Shown: positions 18,385-29,649, counted from the stretch's first letter. The stretch is DNA of 64,000 nt from Ilumatobacteraceae bacterium (GCA_039916865.1 JBDSKN010000015.1:6225-70224); one strand, 5' to 3'. Translations and numbers: made by a program. Notes: generated from the letters alone by a model not told the origin.

Positions 18385-19746
18385 GTGAAAAGCATCATTG
18401 AGACCCTTGAAGGCAACAAAGTCAAAGTTTCCATTGAAATAGATGAGGTCGAATTCGATCGCAATATCGACCAGGCGTTTCGCAAGATCGCCAAAGAAGT
18501 TCGAATCCCGGGGTTTCGGCCGGGCAAGGCTCCGCGTCAACTTCTTCAAGCCCAAATCGGTCTTGGCGCGGCGCGCTCGCAGGCAATTCAAGATGCGATT
18601 CCTGAATACCTTTCTGTCGCCGTACGCGAGCACGACATTGACCTAATAGCCACCCCCAAAATTGAGATCACCAACGGTGAAATAGAAGGTCCGATCGCAT
18701 TCGATGCCACTTGCGAAGTCCGACCGGAGGTTTCTGTGCCCGGATATAACGGCCTACGTGTTGAATTGCCGTCGCTCGTCGTCACGGAAAGCGATATCGA
18801 AGAGGTAATCAATTCGGAGCGTCGTCGTCATGGAACTCTCGACGATGTCGACCGAGCAATCGTGATCGGCGATCAAGTCACCCTTGACATATCTGGGATG
18901 CGAGAAGGAACTCCGGTGCCCGGTCTCAACGTCGAGGATTGGCTGTACGAAGTTGGCAAGGGTTGGGTATCCGAAAGTTTCGATAGCAAGTTGATCGGCG
19001 CAAAGTTGAATCAACATATCGAATATTCCGAGGCACCAAACGGAACAACGGGCGTGGCCGAAATGACAATCAAAGTCAAGAAAATTCAGGAAATGCGCCT
19101 CGATGATCTCACCGACGAATGGGTTTCCGAGCATGTTGCCGAATACGAATCAATTGATGCCTGGAAGTCGTCAATTCGGATGCGTCTTGAATCGATGAAG
19201 TTGAATCAGGCGCGAAATGTATTTGTCGAACGCACCACCACTGCCCTCGGTGGACTTGTCTCAATTGAGGTGCCCGAAGCAATGGTGGCGAGCGATTTGC
19301 AGTCGAGAGTGCGAAATACGGTTGAGCAATTTAAGTCGCAAGGAGTTGCCCTCGAGCAATGGCTGTCGGCAACCGGGCAGTCAACCGATGAATTCATCGA
19401 GACACTGCGAACGCAGTCGCAATCTGCTGTAAAGGTCGACCTCGCACTTAGGGCGGTTGCCGTCAACGAAAACATCGTTGCCGATGAAGACGATATTGAT
19501 GCTGAATTCCAGCGAATTGCGATACAGGTCGGACGCAAGGTACAACAGGTACGAAAAGCGTACGAACAAAACGACGCGGTTGCAGAACTCAAGGCGCAGA
19601 TTCGCAAGTCAAAGGCCGTCGATTGGCTACTTCACAACACGATTCTCGTCGATCCCGATGGCCATGAAATCGATGCCGGTGCGATGTTTGATGACCATGT
19701 TCACGAAGAGTCCGCAGACAAGCCCGAAGACACAACTACTATTTAG
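18385..19746 (+). CDS. tig: Trigger factor
   Basis: (M)KSIIETLEGNKVKVSIEIDEVEF..., and the ribosome-binding motif GFRPGKAPRQLL. Start is GTG 18385 or in-frame TTG 18376, which follows an AAGGG. Confidence 0.9.
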   Translation: MKSIIETLEGNKVKVSIEIDEVEFDRNIDQAFRKIAKEVRIPGFRPGKAPRQLLQAQIGLGAARSQAIQDAIPEYLSVAVREHDIDLIATPKIEITNGEIEGPIAFDATCEVRPEVSVPGYNGLRVELPSLVVTESDIEEVINSERRRHGTLDDVDRAIVIGDQVTLDISGMREGTPVPGLNVEDWLYEVGKGWVSESFDSKLIGAKLNQHIEYSEAPNGTTGVAEMTIKVKKIQEMRLDDLTDEWVSEHVAEYESIDAWKSSIRMRLESMKLNQARNVFVERTTTALGGLVSIEVPEAMVASDLQSRVRNTVEQFKSQGVALEQWLSATGQSTDEFIETLRTQSQSAVKVDLALRAVAVNENIVADEDDIDAEFQRIAIQVGRKVQQVRKAYEQNDAVAELKAQIRKSKAVDWLLHNTILVDPDGHEIDAGAMFDDHVHEESADKPEDTTTI

Positions 19747-19770
19747 TCGAACCCCCTAGGAGTGCACGAC

Positions 19771-20409
19771 ATGCGCGATAACAACGTGATGCGGAACTAT
19801 TACGTTCCAAATGTCACCGAGCAAACGAGCCGTGGCGAGCGTGTTTACGATCTATACAGTCGATTGCTAAAAGAGAACATCATCATCTTGGGCACGCCAA
19901 TCGATGACACCATTGCCAATCTCATTTGCGCTCAATTGATTCATCTGGAGAGCGAGAATCCAGACAAAGACATCAACATCTATATCAATAGTCCAGGCGG
20001 GGATATCACGGCTTTGTTCGCGATATACGACACCATGCAGTTCATCAAGAATGACATTGCCACGATTTGCTTGGGACAGGCTGCCTCCGCGGCCGCCGTT
20101 TTGTTGGCGGCTGGCACCAAGGGCAAGCGCCTGGCGCTTCCTCACGCCCGTGTTTTATTGCACCAGCCTTATGGCCAAATGGATTATGCCCAGGTAACCG
20201 ATCTAGAGATTGCGGCGCGCGAAATTCTACGGATGCGCGAATTAATGGAGCATATTTTGTCCAAGCACACGGGCCAGCCAACGGAGCGAATCCACATCGA
20301 TACAGATCGCGACTTTGTTCTGGAAGCAAAGGATGCCCTTGAATATGGTGTCATCGATGAAATAATTACGTCGCGCGCACTTTCTGATCGCACCGGCCCG
20401 ATTCGCTGA
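19771..20409 (+). CDS. clpP: ATP-dependent Clp protease proteolytic subunit
   Basis: [21 protein letters not shown], active-site context [14 protein letters not shown], and LLHQP. A GGAG RBS lies 8 nt before ATG 19771. Confidence 0.9.
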   Translation: MRDNNVMRNYYVPNVTEQTSRGERVYDLYSRLLKENIIILGTPIDDTIANLICAQLIHLESENPDKDINIYINSPGGDITALFAIYDTMQFIKNDIATICLGQAASAAAVLLAAGTKGKRLALPHARVLLHQPYGQMDYAQVTDLEIAAREILRMRELMEHILSKHTGQPTERIHIDTDRDFVLEAKDALEYGVIDEIITSRALSDRTGPIR

Positions 20410-20426
20410 CCTAGATCGACACATTC

Positions 20427-21704
20427 ATGGCAAAATTTGGTGACTCCGCCGAGTTAGTGAAATGTTCGTTCTGCGGCAAATCACAAAAGTCGGTGAAGAA
20501 ACTTATCGCCGGCCCGAGTGTTTACATCTGCGACGAGTGCATCGAACTGTGCAATGAAATTATCGAGGAGGAGTTCACCTCGACGGCCGAAGTTGGAATA
20601 GAACAACTTCCAACGCCTAGAGAAATCAGGGCATTTCTGGATGAATATGTCGTCGGCCAAGAGCAGGCAAAGAAGGTCCTATCTGTGGCCGTGTTTAACC
20701 ACTACCGCCGCATCCGTTATCGATCTTCGGGAAATTCGCGTAACGATGAAGTCGAACTTCAGAAAAGCAATATCTTGCTGCTTGGGCCTACCGGTTGTGG
20801 CAAGACCCATATGGCCCAAACTTTGGCGCGGATGCTCAATGTTCCGTTCGCGATCGCCGACGCGACCGCACTCACCGAAGCTGGGTATGTCGGTGAAGAT
20901 GTCGAAAACATTTTGCTTAAGTTGTTGCAAGCCGCCGATTTCGATGTGAAGAAGGCCGAAACGGGAATTATCTACATCGACGAAATTGACAAAGTTGCGC
21001 GCAAGAGTGAAAATCCGTCAATCACTCGAGATGTGTCGGGAGAGGGAGTTCAGCAGGCTCTACTAAAAATTCTCGAGGGAACGGTTGCGTCGGTTCCGCC
21101 ACAGGGCGGTCGCAAACATCCGCACCAGGAGTTCATCCAAATCGACACAACCAACGTGCTATTCATCGTGGGCGGCGCTTTTTCAGGTCTTGAGCAAATC
21201 ATCGGCACGCGCATTGGTCACAAGGGTGTGGGCTTCCATGCCCAGGTTCGTTCCAAGGCAGAAAAGGATGCAGGCGAATTGTTCGCCCAGGTAATGCCTG
21301 AAGACCTATTAAAATTCGGCATGATTCCCGAATTCGTCGGGCGATTGCCGATGATAGGAGCCGTGCACAGCCTTGATCGCGGAGCGCTAATCCAAATTCT
21401 CACCGAGCCAAAGAATGCCCTGCTTAAGCAGTATCAGAAGTTTTTTGAATTTGAGGAAGTTGAACTCGAAATCACTAAGGCCGCACTTGAGGCGATCGCC
21501 GATCAGGCCTTGAAGCGAGGCACTGGCGCTCGTGGTTTGCGTGCAATTCTTGAAGAGGTGCTACTCAATGTGATGTACGAATTGCCCGGTCGAACAGATG
21601 TCGCCAAAGTAGTTGTTGATATTGATTCTGTCATTGGCAAGGCGAGCCCGACGATGGTTGCGCGCAATACCCGTGTCACCCGTCAGCGCCGCGCAGCGTC
21701 CTAG
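20427..21704 (+). CDS. clpX: ATP-dependent Clp protease ATP-binding subunit ClpX
   Basis: Zinc-binding CSFCGKSQ...YICDECI, Walker A GPTGCGKT, Walker [10 protein letters not shown], and the pore-loop context [16 protein letters not shown]. Confidence 0.95.
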   Translation: MAKFGDSAELVKCSFCGKSQKSVKKLIAGPSVYICDECIELCNEIIEEEFTSTAEVGIEQLPTPREIRAFLDEYVVGQEQAKKVLSVAVFNHYRRIRYRSSGNSRNDEVELQKSNILLLGPTGCGKTHMAQTLARMLNVPFAIADATALTEAGYVGEDVENILLKLLQAADFDVKKAETGIIYIDEIDKVARKSENPSITRDVSGEGVQQALLKILEGTVASVPPQGGRKHPHQEFIQIDTTNVLFIVGGAFSGLEQIIGTRIGHKGVGFHAQVRSKAEKDAGELFAQVMPEDLLKFGMIPEFVGRLPMIGAVHSLDRGALIQILTEPKNALLKQYQKFFEFEEVELEITKAALEAIADQALKRGTGARGLRAILEEVLLNVMYELPGRTDVAKVVVDIDSVIGKASPTMVARNTRVTRQRRAAS

Positions 21705-21720
21705 TCCCAAATTTAAACTG

Positions 21721-23019
21721 ATGCAATACGCGGAGGCGTTGGGCTATCTCGACGAACACGCCAGTTACGAAAGGACGGGTCGGGTCGAGTCGCCATCCTT
21801 GGTCAATATCTCCAGGCTGATGGATCAGATTGCCAATCCGCAACTCAGTTATCCGGTCGTTCACGTCACCGGCACAAATGGCAAAGGTTCGACCACTCAA
21901 ATTATTACCCGATTGCTGATGGCCCACGGATTAAATGTCGGCACATATACGAGCCCGCATCTTGAGCGACTAAACGAGCGGATTTCTTACAACGGTAATT
22001 CAATTAGTGATGAAGACTTTGGGACAAATGTGGGTGCAATTGCTGACATCGAAGTGCTGGCTGGGGTGCGTCCGTCGTATTTCGAGATTATGACCGCGGC
22101 AGGATTCCGGTACTTTGCAGACTCAGCGGTCGATGTGGCAGTCGTCGAAGTGGGAATGCTGGGTCGTTGGGACGCGACGAATGTGGTCAATTCGGAAGTT
22201 GCGGTGATCACAAATATTGATCTCGATCACGTCGAGTTTGCCGGACCACAACTAGCCGACATCGCACGCGAAAAAGTTGGAATCGCAAAGCCAAATAGTT
22301 CACTCGTCGTTGGCGATACAAATCCCGAGCTGCGACCAATATGGAGTTCGGCCGGAGCGACACGCGTGCTTCTTCGGGGCGATGACTTTGACTGTATCGA
22401 CAATCAGTTAGCGGTCGGTGGGCGCCTGATCGATGTGCGAACTCCGCGAGGAATTTATAACGAACTCGTCCTGCCACTAAACGGTCGATATCAGGGCGAC
22501 AACGGATCGATTTCAATCATGGCGGTCGAGGAATTCTTCGACTCCCCGTTATCGCGTGAAATTGTCAGCGAGGGATTTGCCAATGTGGACATGCCCGGAC
22601 GCTTTGAAGTAATGGGTCGCCAACCGCTAGTAATAATTGATGGGGCACACAATCCCGCCGGCGCCGAAGTTTGTGCCCAGGTTTTCTTCGAGGACTTCGA
22701 CCCCCAGGGGCGCCGAGTTCTGATCGTTGGAATGTTGAAAAGTCGCGAACCGGGATCGATGCTCTCGGCTTTGCGCGCCGACGATTTTGAACTTGTTGTG
22801 TGTTGCACCGCGCCATCTCCGCGAGGGTTATCGGCTGAAACGATTGCACAAGCAGCGCGTGCAATGGGTTGTGATGATGTCGAAACTGTTGATTCGGTTG
22901 CGCAAGCCTGCGAACGTGCATTGGCGTTCGCAAAAAAGGAAGATGCGTTACTTGTTGCTGGATCGCTGTATGTGGTGGGTGCTGCGCGCACATATTTACG
23001 AAACTCCAGTAGCATTTAG
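21721..23019 (+). CDS. folC: Folylpolyglutamate synthase / dihydrofolate synthase
   Basis: MQYAEALGYLDEH..., P-loop HVTGTNGKGST, SPHL. Start trimmed from 21613, which overlapped clpX. Confidence 0.9.
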   Translation: MQYAEALGYLDEHASYERTGRVESPSLVNISRLMDQIANPQLSYPVVHVTGTNGKGSTTQIITRLLMAHGLNVGTYTSPHLERLNERISYNGNSISDEDFGTNVGAIADIEVLAGVRPSYFEIMTAAGFRYFADSAVDVAVVEVGMLGRWDATNVVNSEVAVITNIDLDHVEFAGPQLADIAREKVGIAKPNSSLVVGDTNPELRPIWSSAGATRVLLRGDDFDCIDNQLAVGGRLIDVRTPRGIYNELVLPLNGRYQGDNGSISIMAVEEFFDSPLSREIVSEGFANVDMPGRFEVMGRQPLVIIDGAHNPAGAEVCAQVFFEDFDPQGRRVLIVGMLKSREPGSMLSALRADDFELVVCCTAPSPRGLSAETIAQAARAMGCDDVETVDSVAQACERALAFAKKEDALLVAGSLYVVGAARTYLRNSSSI

Positions 23020-23022
23020 CGA

Positions 23023-23436
23023 GTGACAAATCGAACTCTCGTACTTCTCAAGCCGGATGCCGTCGAGCGAGGACTGGTCGGCGAGATAATTTCGCGCTTT
23101 GAAAACAAGGGTCTCACCATTGCCGCACTTGAACATCGGAAATTAGATGCAAAGATTCTCGAAAGACATTACGAGGAACACAAAGGTAAGAATTTTTATA
23201 AAGATCTTGTCGCTTTCATGTCGAGGGGACCGATTGTTGCCGTTGTGGTGGAGGGCCCCGACGACACTTGGCAGATTGTTCGTTCAATGATGGGCGCTAC
23301 CAATCCCCGGGATGCTTCACCAGGAACTATCCGAGCCGATCTTGGCACCATTTTTACCGAAAACCTTGTCCATGGAAGTGATTCGGCCGACTCGGCCGAG
23401 CGCGAGATCGGAATCTTCTTTCCGAATCTTAAGTAG
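23023..23436 (+). CDS. ndk: Nucleoside-diphosphate kinase
   Basis: RTLVLLKPDAVERGLVGEIISRFE, GTIRADLG, and active-site NLVHGSDS. Confidence 0.95.
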   Translation: MTNRTLVLLKPDAVERGLVGEIISRFENKGLTIAALEHRKLDAKILERHYEEHKGKNFYKDLVAFMSRGPIVAVVVEGPDDTWQIVRSMMGATNPRDASPGTIRADLGTIFTENLVHGSDSADSAEREIGIFFPNLK

Positions 23437-23492
23437 AATTACAACACCTATGTGGCGCGATCGTTCACGATCGGCGTCAAGGAGAATTCAAA

Positions 23493-24527
23493 ATGGTTCG
23501 TGGTAACGCTCTATCTCTAGGTCGCGATATCGCGATCGATTTGGGTACGGCGAACACCCTGGTGTACGTGAAGGGCGAGGGAATCGTCCTTGATGAGCCA
23601 TCCACTGTTGCGATTGACAATCAGACCGGCCAGCTTGTCGCCGTTGGACTGGAGGCCAAGAGGATGTGGGGAAGGGCCCCCAAGAATATTCGAATCGTCA
23701 GGCCACTGAAAGATGGAGTAATTGCAGACTTTGCAATCTGTGAAAAAATGTTGCGATATTTCATTCAGAAGGTGCATTCGAGTAGATGGAATAAACCGCG
23801 AATGATTATTTGTGTGCCATCCGAAGTAACCGGCGTCGAGCGCCGAGCCGTGCAAGATGCGGCCCAGTTTGCCGGCGCCCGGCGACCGGTATACATCATT
23901 GAGGAGCCGATGGCGGCGGCAATCGGAGCAGGGCTTCCGGTGCATTTGCCGAGCGCAAATATGATTGTCGATATCGGCGGTGGTACCACCGAAGTAGCGG
24001 TAATTTCAATGGGCGGAATCGTGACGGCCCATTCTGCTCGTGTCGCAGGCGATGAGATGAACGATGCAATTGTGGCGATGTTTCGCAAAGAATTCAATTT
24101 GGATATTGGGGACAACACCGCCGAAGAAGTGAAGATTCAGATCGGCTCTGCGTGGCCTCTAGCTGAAGAAATCACCGCCGATGTTGGTGGACGGGACGTT
24201 GGAACAGGATTGCCACGAACCCAAGCAATTACCACCAACGATGTGCGCGCCGCACTGGATGAGCCCGTGACGGCAATAATTGACGCAATCAAGATGACCC
24301 TTGAGCGAACGCCACCCGAACTAGCCGCCGACATAATCGGACAGGGACTCGTGCTCTCGGGCGGGGGATCGCTTTTGGCTGGACTTGCCGAGAGAGCAAC
24401 CTTTGAAACTGGAATACACGCTTATCTGGCGCCCGAACCGCTGTATTCGGTAGTCCTCGGAGCTGGGCTCACCCTCGACAACATTGAAGCCATGAAGGGT
24501 CTGACTGCGCAGACCGTTCTCGAGTAG
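23493..24527 (+). CDS. mreB: Rod shape-determining protein MreB
   Basis: IAIDLGTANTLVYVKG, IVDIGGGTTEVAV and LSGGGSLL actin-fold motifs. An AAGGAG RBS lies upstream. Confidence 0.95.
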   Translation: MVRGNALSLGRDIAIDLGTANTLVYVKGEGIVLDEPSTVAIDNQTGQLVAVGLEAKRMWGRAPKNIRIVRPLKDGVIADFAICEKMLRYFIQKVHSSRWNKPRMIICVPSEVTGVERRAVQDAAQFAGARRPVYIIEEPMAAAIGAGLPVHLPSANMIVDIGGGTTEVAVISMGGIVTAHSARVAGDEMNDAIVAMFRKEFNLDIGDNTAEEVKIQIGSAWPLAEEITADVGGRDVGTGLPRTQAITTNDVRAALDEPVTAIIDAIKMTLERTPPELAADIIGQGLVLSGGGSLLAGLAERATFETGIHAYLAPEPLYSVVLGAGLTLDNIEAMKGLTAQTVLE

Positions 24528-24543
24528 GTCGACTCGAGAGATT

Positions 24544-25593
24544 GTGTCCGGATTAACCATAAATCGACGCCGAGCAATTGTATTGCTCGCTTTGACATCG
24601 ATCATTTTGTTGACGCTGGATCTGCAGGGCAGTTCGGCCACGGCGACAGTTCGTTCGGCGTTTGCCACCATCTTTCGGCCGATAGAAGGCGTGGTTCGAG
24701 TTGTGACTCGGCCAGCAAGCAATGCGTGGTACGGAATTACTCATTACGACGATGTCAAGTCCGAAAACAGGTTGCTGCGCGAAAAAATTGCCCAGCAGGA
24801 AGGCGCCGCGGTGGCGGCGGCGGCCTCTGTGAGGTTATCTCAGGAATTGCTAGCGCTCAATGGATTGCCGACTCTTGCAGGAATTAATTCGGTAACAGCG
24901 CAAGTGATCGGTGATTCGCCTTCAAACTTTTCACAAAGTGTTGAAATCAATCAAGGCAGCGAAAGCGGAATTCGTGTCGGCATGCCGGTATTGAATGCGG
25001 CCGGTCTCATCGGTCGGATTACCCAAGTATTTCCAAATCGAGCTGTCGTCATGTTGATCAGCGATCCAGAATACGCGCTGTCGGTAAAGGTGGGAAGCGT
25101 GCCCGAATCGACGACATCTTCGACGGTACCGGGAGAAGGGATCGCGACGAAAATCACGGTGCCGCAAACCACGACGACCACGATCGCAAAACCGGTGGTG
25201 GTGTCGACCATCCCAGGGTTTACGCCGGGCGCAACGACAATTCCATCTGCGCCGTCGGGAATCACGACGCTCACGATTCCCAGCAGCGGAACTCTGGCCG
25301 TCCGCGAAACAGGGATCCTTGAGGGGCAGGGCCCGTCACATGCTCCGACTGTCAGATTTATTTCCGCTGATACTCGCTTTGGCGAGATCAATGTGGGTGC
25401 ACCGATCGTGAGCGCCGGGGGATCGACGAGTTTAGCGCCCCCCGACATCGTTATCGGCACGGTGTCCCGAGTTGTGCGGCGTCTGGGGACCGCTGGTCCG
25501 ATTTTGGAAATCGAATTAGTCACAGACCTGTCAAATCTCTCGTTCCTTCGAGTCTTGCTCTATCAACCGATTACGGAACTTGTGACTCCGTGA
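24544..25593 (+). CDS. mreC: Rod shape-determining protein MreC (with a Thr/Pro/Ser-rich insert)
   Basis: Single N-terminal TM segment, a coiled-coil segment (ENRLLREKIAQQE), and beta domains (GMPVLNAAGLIGRITQV; VSAGGS). Sits between mreB and mreD. Confidence 0.85.
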   Translation: MSGLTINRRRAIVLLALTSIILLTLDLQGSSATATVRSAFATIFRPIEGVVRVVTRPASNAWYGITHYDDVKSENRLLREKIAQQEGAAVAAAASVRLSQELLALNGLPTLAGINSVTAQVIGDSPSNFSQSVEINQGSESGIRVGMPVLNAAGLIGRITQVFPNRAVVMLISDPEYALSVKVGSVPESTTSSTVPGEGIATKITVPQTTTTTIAKPVVVSTIPGFTPGATTIPSAPSGITTLTIPSSGTLAVRETGILEGQGPSHAPTVRFISADTRFGEINVGAPIVSAGGSTSLAPPDIVIGTVSRVVRRLGTAGPILEIELVTDLSNLSFLRVLLYQPITELVTP

Positions 25594-26105
25594 ACCGAAT
25601 CCTGCAGGTCGCCTCTAATCGATGGACGCGACTGGTGCTCGTCGCACTTGTCTTGCTTGGACTGCAAACGACTCTCTTCAGTCAGTTGCGGCCGTTCGGA
25701 GTGATGTTGCCGTTGGTCCTGATATTTGCGGTGAGCACCGGCACTGTGCACGGATCCGAGGTCGGGGCAATCACGGGGCTGGTGGTCGGCGCAATGTATG
25801 ACTGCGTGCTCGCCACTCCGTTTGGATTGGCTTCTCTGGTAATAGGAAGTGCCGGATACCTGGCCGGACTCTTGCCGTTTTTTCTCCGAGAACCGACTTG
25901 GTGGAGTCGAATAATTGTCGTCGTCGTCGTGAGCGCATTCGGGGAAAGCATGTTCCCGGTAGCCCTCGCGACGGTCGGTTTGGATGGTTGGTTGAATTCG
26001 CATGTCTTGTGGATCGCTGCGGTTGTGGCACTGTTCGCAGGCGTTCTGGCGCTACTTCTGGTTCCCCTATCTCGGTGGACGCTTCATGAAACGGCAAGTA
26101 CATAA
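25590..26105 (+). CDS. mreD: Rod shape-determining protein MreD
   Basis: 171-aa polytopic membrane protein. GTGA overlap with the mreC stop, and a position conserved in mreBCD operons. Confidence 0.7.
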   Translation: MNRILQVASNRWTRLVLVALVLLGLQTTLFSQLRPFGVMLPLVLIFAVSTGTVHGSEVGAITGLVVGAMYDCVLATPFGLASLVIGSAGYLAGLLPFFLREPTWWSRIIVVVVVSAFGESMFPVALATVGLDGWLNSHVLWIAAVVALFAGVLALLLVPLSRWTLHETAST

Positions 26106-28277
26106 GTGGCCACACCAACGCGATCTAAGCGCCTAGTGGCACTTGGCGTGACGGCCCTGTTGTTGATGAGTTTGCTGACCGTTCGAATGTGGGTCTTGCA
26201 GGCAGTCGAGGCGGAGTCAACCGAGTCCATCGTGCTCGCGGTTCGGACGCGCACCATCAAGCTGTTGGGAGAGCGGGGACGAATTTTTGATGTGACCGGG
26301 CGAGTACTGGCCGCCAACAAGCGCATCCTCACGGTGACGATTGATCGAAGTGTTATCAGCGATCCGGTCGACAGGTTGGCGATGTTCCAACGCCTATCCG
26401 GGCCGCTGGGTTTACCGCTTGATCTGTTGTACAAGCGATTCGACGACCAACGATTCGGACCCTTAGAGGCACTTCCGCTTAAGGAAGATGTATCCGAGGA
26501 TACGGCGCTGTTTTTGGCGGAGCGCACCGAGGATTTCCCCGGCGTGTTTGTCCGCGAGGAGTATCGACGAAATTACCCGTATGGCGCGTTGGGCAGTCAC
26601 ATCGTTGGATACTTGGGCGCAATTTTGCCCAACAATCTTGCGTATTACCGCTCGGTTGGCTACGACCCCAATGAACGAGTTGGTCAATATGGCGTCGAGC
26701 AATCGTATGAAACGATATTGAGAGGAAAGCCGGGATACATACGATTCGAGGTCGACGCGCAAGGTAATGTCCTTCGAATTCTTGAACGGGTTGAACCCGT
26801 CATCGGCAATGACCTTCAATTGTCAATCGATCTTTCGATTCAGCAATTCGCCGAACAAGCGCTTGAAACTCAGTTGGGGCTTCGCCGACGAGTTGAGGCG
26901 GCCACGGTGAATTTGCCCGATGGCACACCGGATCCGCAATATCCGGAGATCACGTATTACAAAGCGCCGGCAGGCTCGGTGGTACTGCTCAACCAAGAAA
27001 ATGGACAAATAGTTGCGATGGCGTCCTATCCGCGATTTGACAATCGCTGGTTCGGTTCGGTGATTACGAATAATAAATACGCCCAGATATTTCCCCAGAC
27101 GGATGATCCCGACTTGTCAATACTTGTTAATCGTGCAGTATCGGGTCGCTACAACTTAGGGTCGTCGTTCAAGCCATTCGTCGCCTATGCAGCGCTCAAC
27201 ACGGGTCAGTTACCCGGAGGATCGAAATATACATTTCGAGACGAGGGCACGTACAAATTAGAAAGTATTCCTAATGATCGATGTCAACAGGGGGTGAAGT
27301 GCGTTTTTCGAAACGCAACCTGTAGAGCCACCAACCAACCGTGCAGATACGGAACCGTTACCGTCGAGGAGGCGCTGGCTGTTTCCAGCGACTCGTTTTT
27401 TTACAAGATCGGAGAACAGATTCTCACCGAGCGAGGGTATCAAGCGATTCTCGAACAGCAGGTTCGGCTGTTTGGATTTGGATCGCCAACCAATGTCGAC
27501 CTTCCGTATGAGTATTCGGGCACGATTCCCAGTAAGGCGCTCAAGCGACGAATGGCTGACTTGGGGGCCATTTCGAAGGAGTCCGGTCAGGCCTACTTCG
27601 TAGGTGACCAGATTCTCTTTGCCATTGGTCAAGGACTTTTGTCGGCAACTCCGCTCCAGGTGGCCTCCGCATTTGCGGTATTAGCAAATTCCGGAAAATT
27701 ATTCCAGCCTCATGTCGTCCAGAGGATATTGTCGCCCGGCACGCCGGATGCTTCACCGGGAGTTGCAGATCTAAATATTGGTTCAGTAACTGAGCGATTC
27801 GACCAGTTAAAACCAGTTCGCATTCTTGATATGTCCGGCGATCGTCGGGATCCGATCGTAAAGGGACTGACGCGAGTCATCACCGGACCGGGCGTGACTT
27901 TCGGTTACTACCACAAGACCACCGGTGAGAATCTGTTTCGGGGTTACCCATACAAGATTTTGCCAATTGCCGGGAAGACCGGAACCGCCCAAGGATTCGG
28001 CAACCTGCCGTGGAATGACTCGTCGGCTTTCGGTGCGTTCAGCCTCGATCCGGCTATGCCATATGCCGCATATGCATATTTAGAAAAGTCTGGCTATGGA
28101 TCGCAGGCGGCTGCGCCAGTTATTAAATGTCTGTTTACAGCATTGGCTGGCGAGTATCGACTAGACCCAGTTGTCCCGGCCGATCCGCTCAATCTCAATT
28201 CGGCCGTGGCCGCCCCACCATCGAGTTTGCGTAACCCGCTGTGTCTGGCGGGTTTGGGTTCGGAAAGTCGCGACTGA
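26106..28277 (+). CDS. mrdA: Class B penicillin-binding protein, elongation-specific (PBP2)
   Basis: Transpeptidase motifs SSFK, SSD-type and KTGTA. Located between mreD and rodA. Confidence 0.9.
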   Translation: MATPTRSKRLVALGVTALLLMSLLTVRMWVLQAVEAESTESIVLAVRTRTIKLLGERGRIFDVTGRVLAANKRILTVTIDRSVISDPVDRLAMFQRLSGPLGLPLDLLYKRFDDQRFGPLEALPLKEDVSEDTALFLAERTEDFPGVFVREEYRRNYPYGALGSHIVGYLGAILPNNLAYYRSVGYDPNERVGQYGVEQSYETILRGKPGYIRFEVDAQGNVLRILERVEPVIGNDLQLSIDLSIQQFAEQALETQLGLRRRVEAATVNLPDGTPDPQYPEITYYKAPAGSVVLLNQENGQIVAMASYPRFDNRWFGSVITNNKYAQIFPQTDDPDLSILVNRAVSGRYNLGSSFKPFVAYAALNTGQLPGGSKYTFRDEGTYKLESIPNDRCQQGVKCVFRNATCRATNQPCRYGTVTVEEALAVSSDSFFYKIGEQILTERGYQAILEQQVRLFGFGSPTNVDLPYEYSGTIPSKALKRRMADLGAISKESGQAYFVGDQILFAIGQGLLSATPLQVASAFAVLANSGKLFQPHVVQRILSPGTPDASPGVADLNIGSVTERFDQLKPVRILDMSGDRRDPIVKGLTRVITGPGVTFGYYHKTTGENLFRGYPYKILPIAGKTGTAQGFGNLPWNDSSAFGAFSLDPAMPYAAYAYLEKSGYGSQAAAPVIKCLFTALAGEYRLDPVVPADPLNLNSAVAAPPSSLRNPLCLAGLGSESRD

Positions 28278-29461
28278 TGTTCAAGCCGTCAGGTGCATTG
28301 TTGGCGATGCGACGACAAGGGTCAAGTAATAGGACATTTGCCGGAAGCTTTGCCGATCCATTCCGCAACATTGATTGGCTACTCCTTGGCGCAGTAATTG
28401 CTCTTGGCATCATCGGAATGTTCAACACGTACTCGGCGACCCGCCAACGACTCATCAATCAGGGTTTTGATCCGTTCATCTATGTCCAACGACAGGTTGC
28501 TTTTGCAATTATTGCCACACTAGTGATGATCCTGATCATGGCGATAGGACACGAATGGCTTCGTGGCAGAGTGATTTTCATTTACGGCGCCGTATTAGTT
28601 GCCCTTCTGTTGGTATTAGTTGCCGGTGCGGTAAAGGGAGGGGCCCGACTGTCATTTGACTTTGGTTATTTCTCGGTGCAGCCAGCAGAAGCGGCGAAAC
28701 CTGTCGTCTTGCTGACAATTGCCGCCTACCTTTCCGACACAATGGAAGGTCGAATCAATTATCACCAATTTGTGATGTCGCTTTATATTCTTGGCGCACC
28801 AATTGGATTAATTCTGTTGCAGCCCGACCTTGGCTCGGCCTCGGTAATCGTCGCCGGGGTCGCTGGTGTGCTGTTTGTCGCCGGCGCCAAGCGAAGGTAC
28901 CTGGCCCTGATAACTGCGATGTCAATTTTGACGGTGGTCGGAACCGTAATCGGGGGAGTGGTTGGTGGATATCAATTAGCACGAATTGAGGCCTGGCTAA
29001 ACCAAAACTCGCGGGACAGCGCGTTGGACCGAATTCTCCTTCAAGTGAGATTTGCCAAGCGCGCAGTTTCGACCGGAGGATTCTTCGGCAAGGGCTACCT
29101 GAATGGTCCATTAACCAACGGCGCGTTCATACCCGTTCAATTCACCGACTTTCCATTTTCCGCAATTGCCGAACAATTTGGAATGCTCGGGGGCGGAGTG
29201 GTGCTCGGACTGTTTGGAGTGGTCCTGTGGCGAACGTGGCGGATTGCCCAGCTGGCTCGAGACCGACTTGGACTCTTACTTGCGGCAGGGATTTTCACGA
29301 TGCTGGCGTGGCAAATTTTTCAAAACATCGGAATGACACTTGGCCTCACCCCGGTCAGCGGTCTACCACTTCCGTTCATATCGTATGGGGGTTCTCACCT
29401 GGTGTCGTCGGCGATACTTATCGGAATGGTCCAGAGTATCCATATGCGACGACTCGAATAG
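28277..29461 (+). CDS. rodA: SEDS peptidoglycan glycosyltransferase RodA
   Basis: FtsW/RodA/SpoVE family: multi-TM, QPAEAAKP, GLPLPFISYGGS. ATG 28277 overlaps the mrdA stop (TGATG). Confidence 0.9.
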   Translation: MFKPSGALLAMRRQGSSNRTFAGSFADPFRNIDWLLLGAVIALGIIGMFNTYSATRQRLINQGFDPFIYVQRQVAFAIIATLVMILIMAIGHEWLRGRVIFIYGAVLVALLLVLVAGAVKGGARLSFDFGYFSVQPAEAAKPVVLLTIAAYLSDTMEGRINYHQFVMSLYILGAPIGLILLQPDLGSASVIVAGVAGVLFVAGAKRRYLALITAMSILTVVGTVIGGVVGGYQLARIEAWLNQNSRDSALDRILLQVRFAKRAVSTGGFFGKGYLNGPLTNGAFIPVQFTDFPFSAIAEQFGMLGGGVVLGLFGVVLWRTWRIAQLARDRLGLLLAAGIFTMLAWQIFQNIGMTLGLTPVSGLPLPFISYGGSHLVSSAILIGMVQSIHMRRLE

Positions 29462-29649
29462 GTCACCGAATGTGGTCGATGTTGGCGATATCCTGATAGC
29501 AGGGTCGGGTACAGATACCGAACCACAGGTTGATGACGCGATAGTGCACCGCCGAAACTACGGTTTCGCGAGCGCTGCGCGGAGATGACAGTAAGGGTGC
29601 GTCATGGTCGCATCCTCAAGGTCATCGGATTACAGGAAACGAGAAGTCA

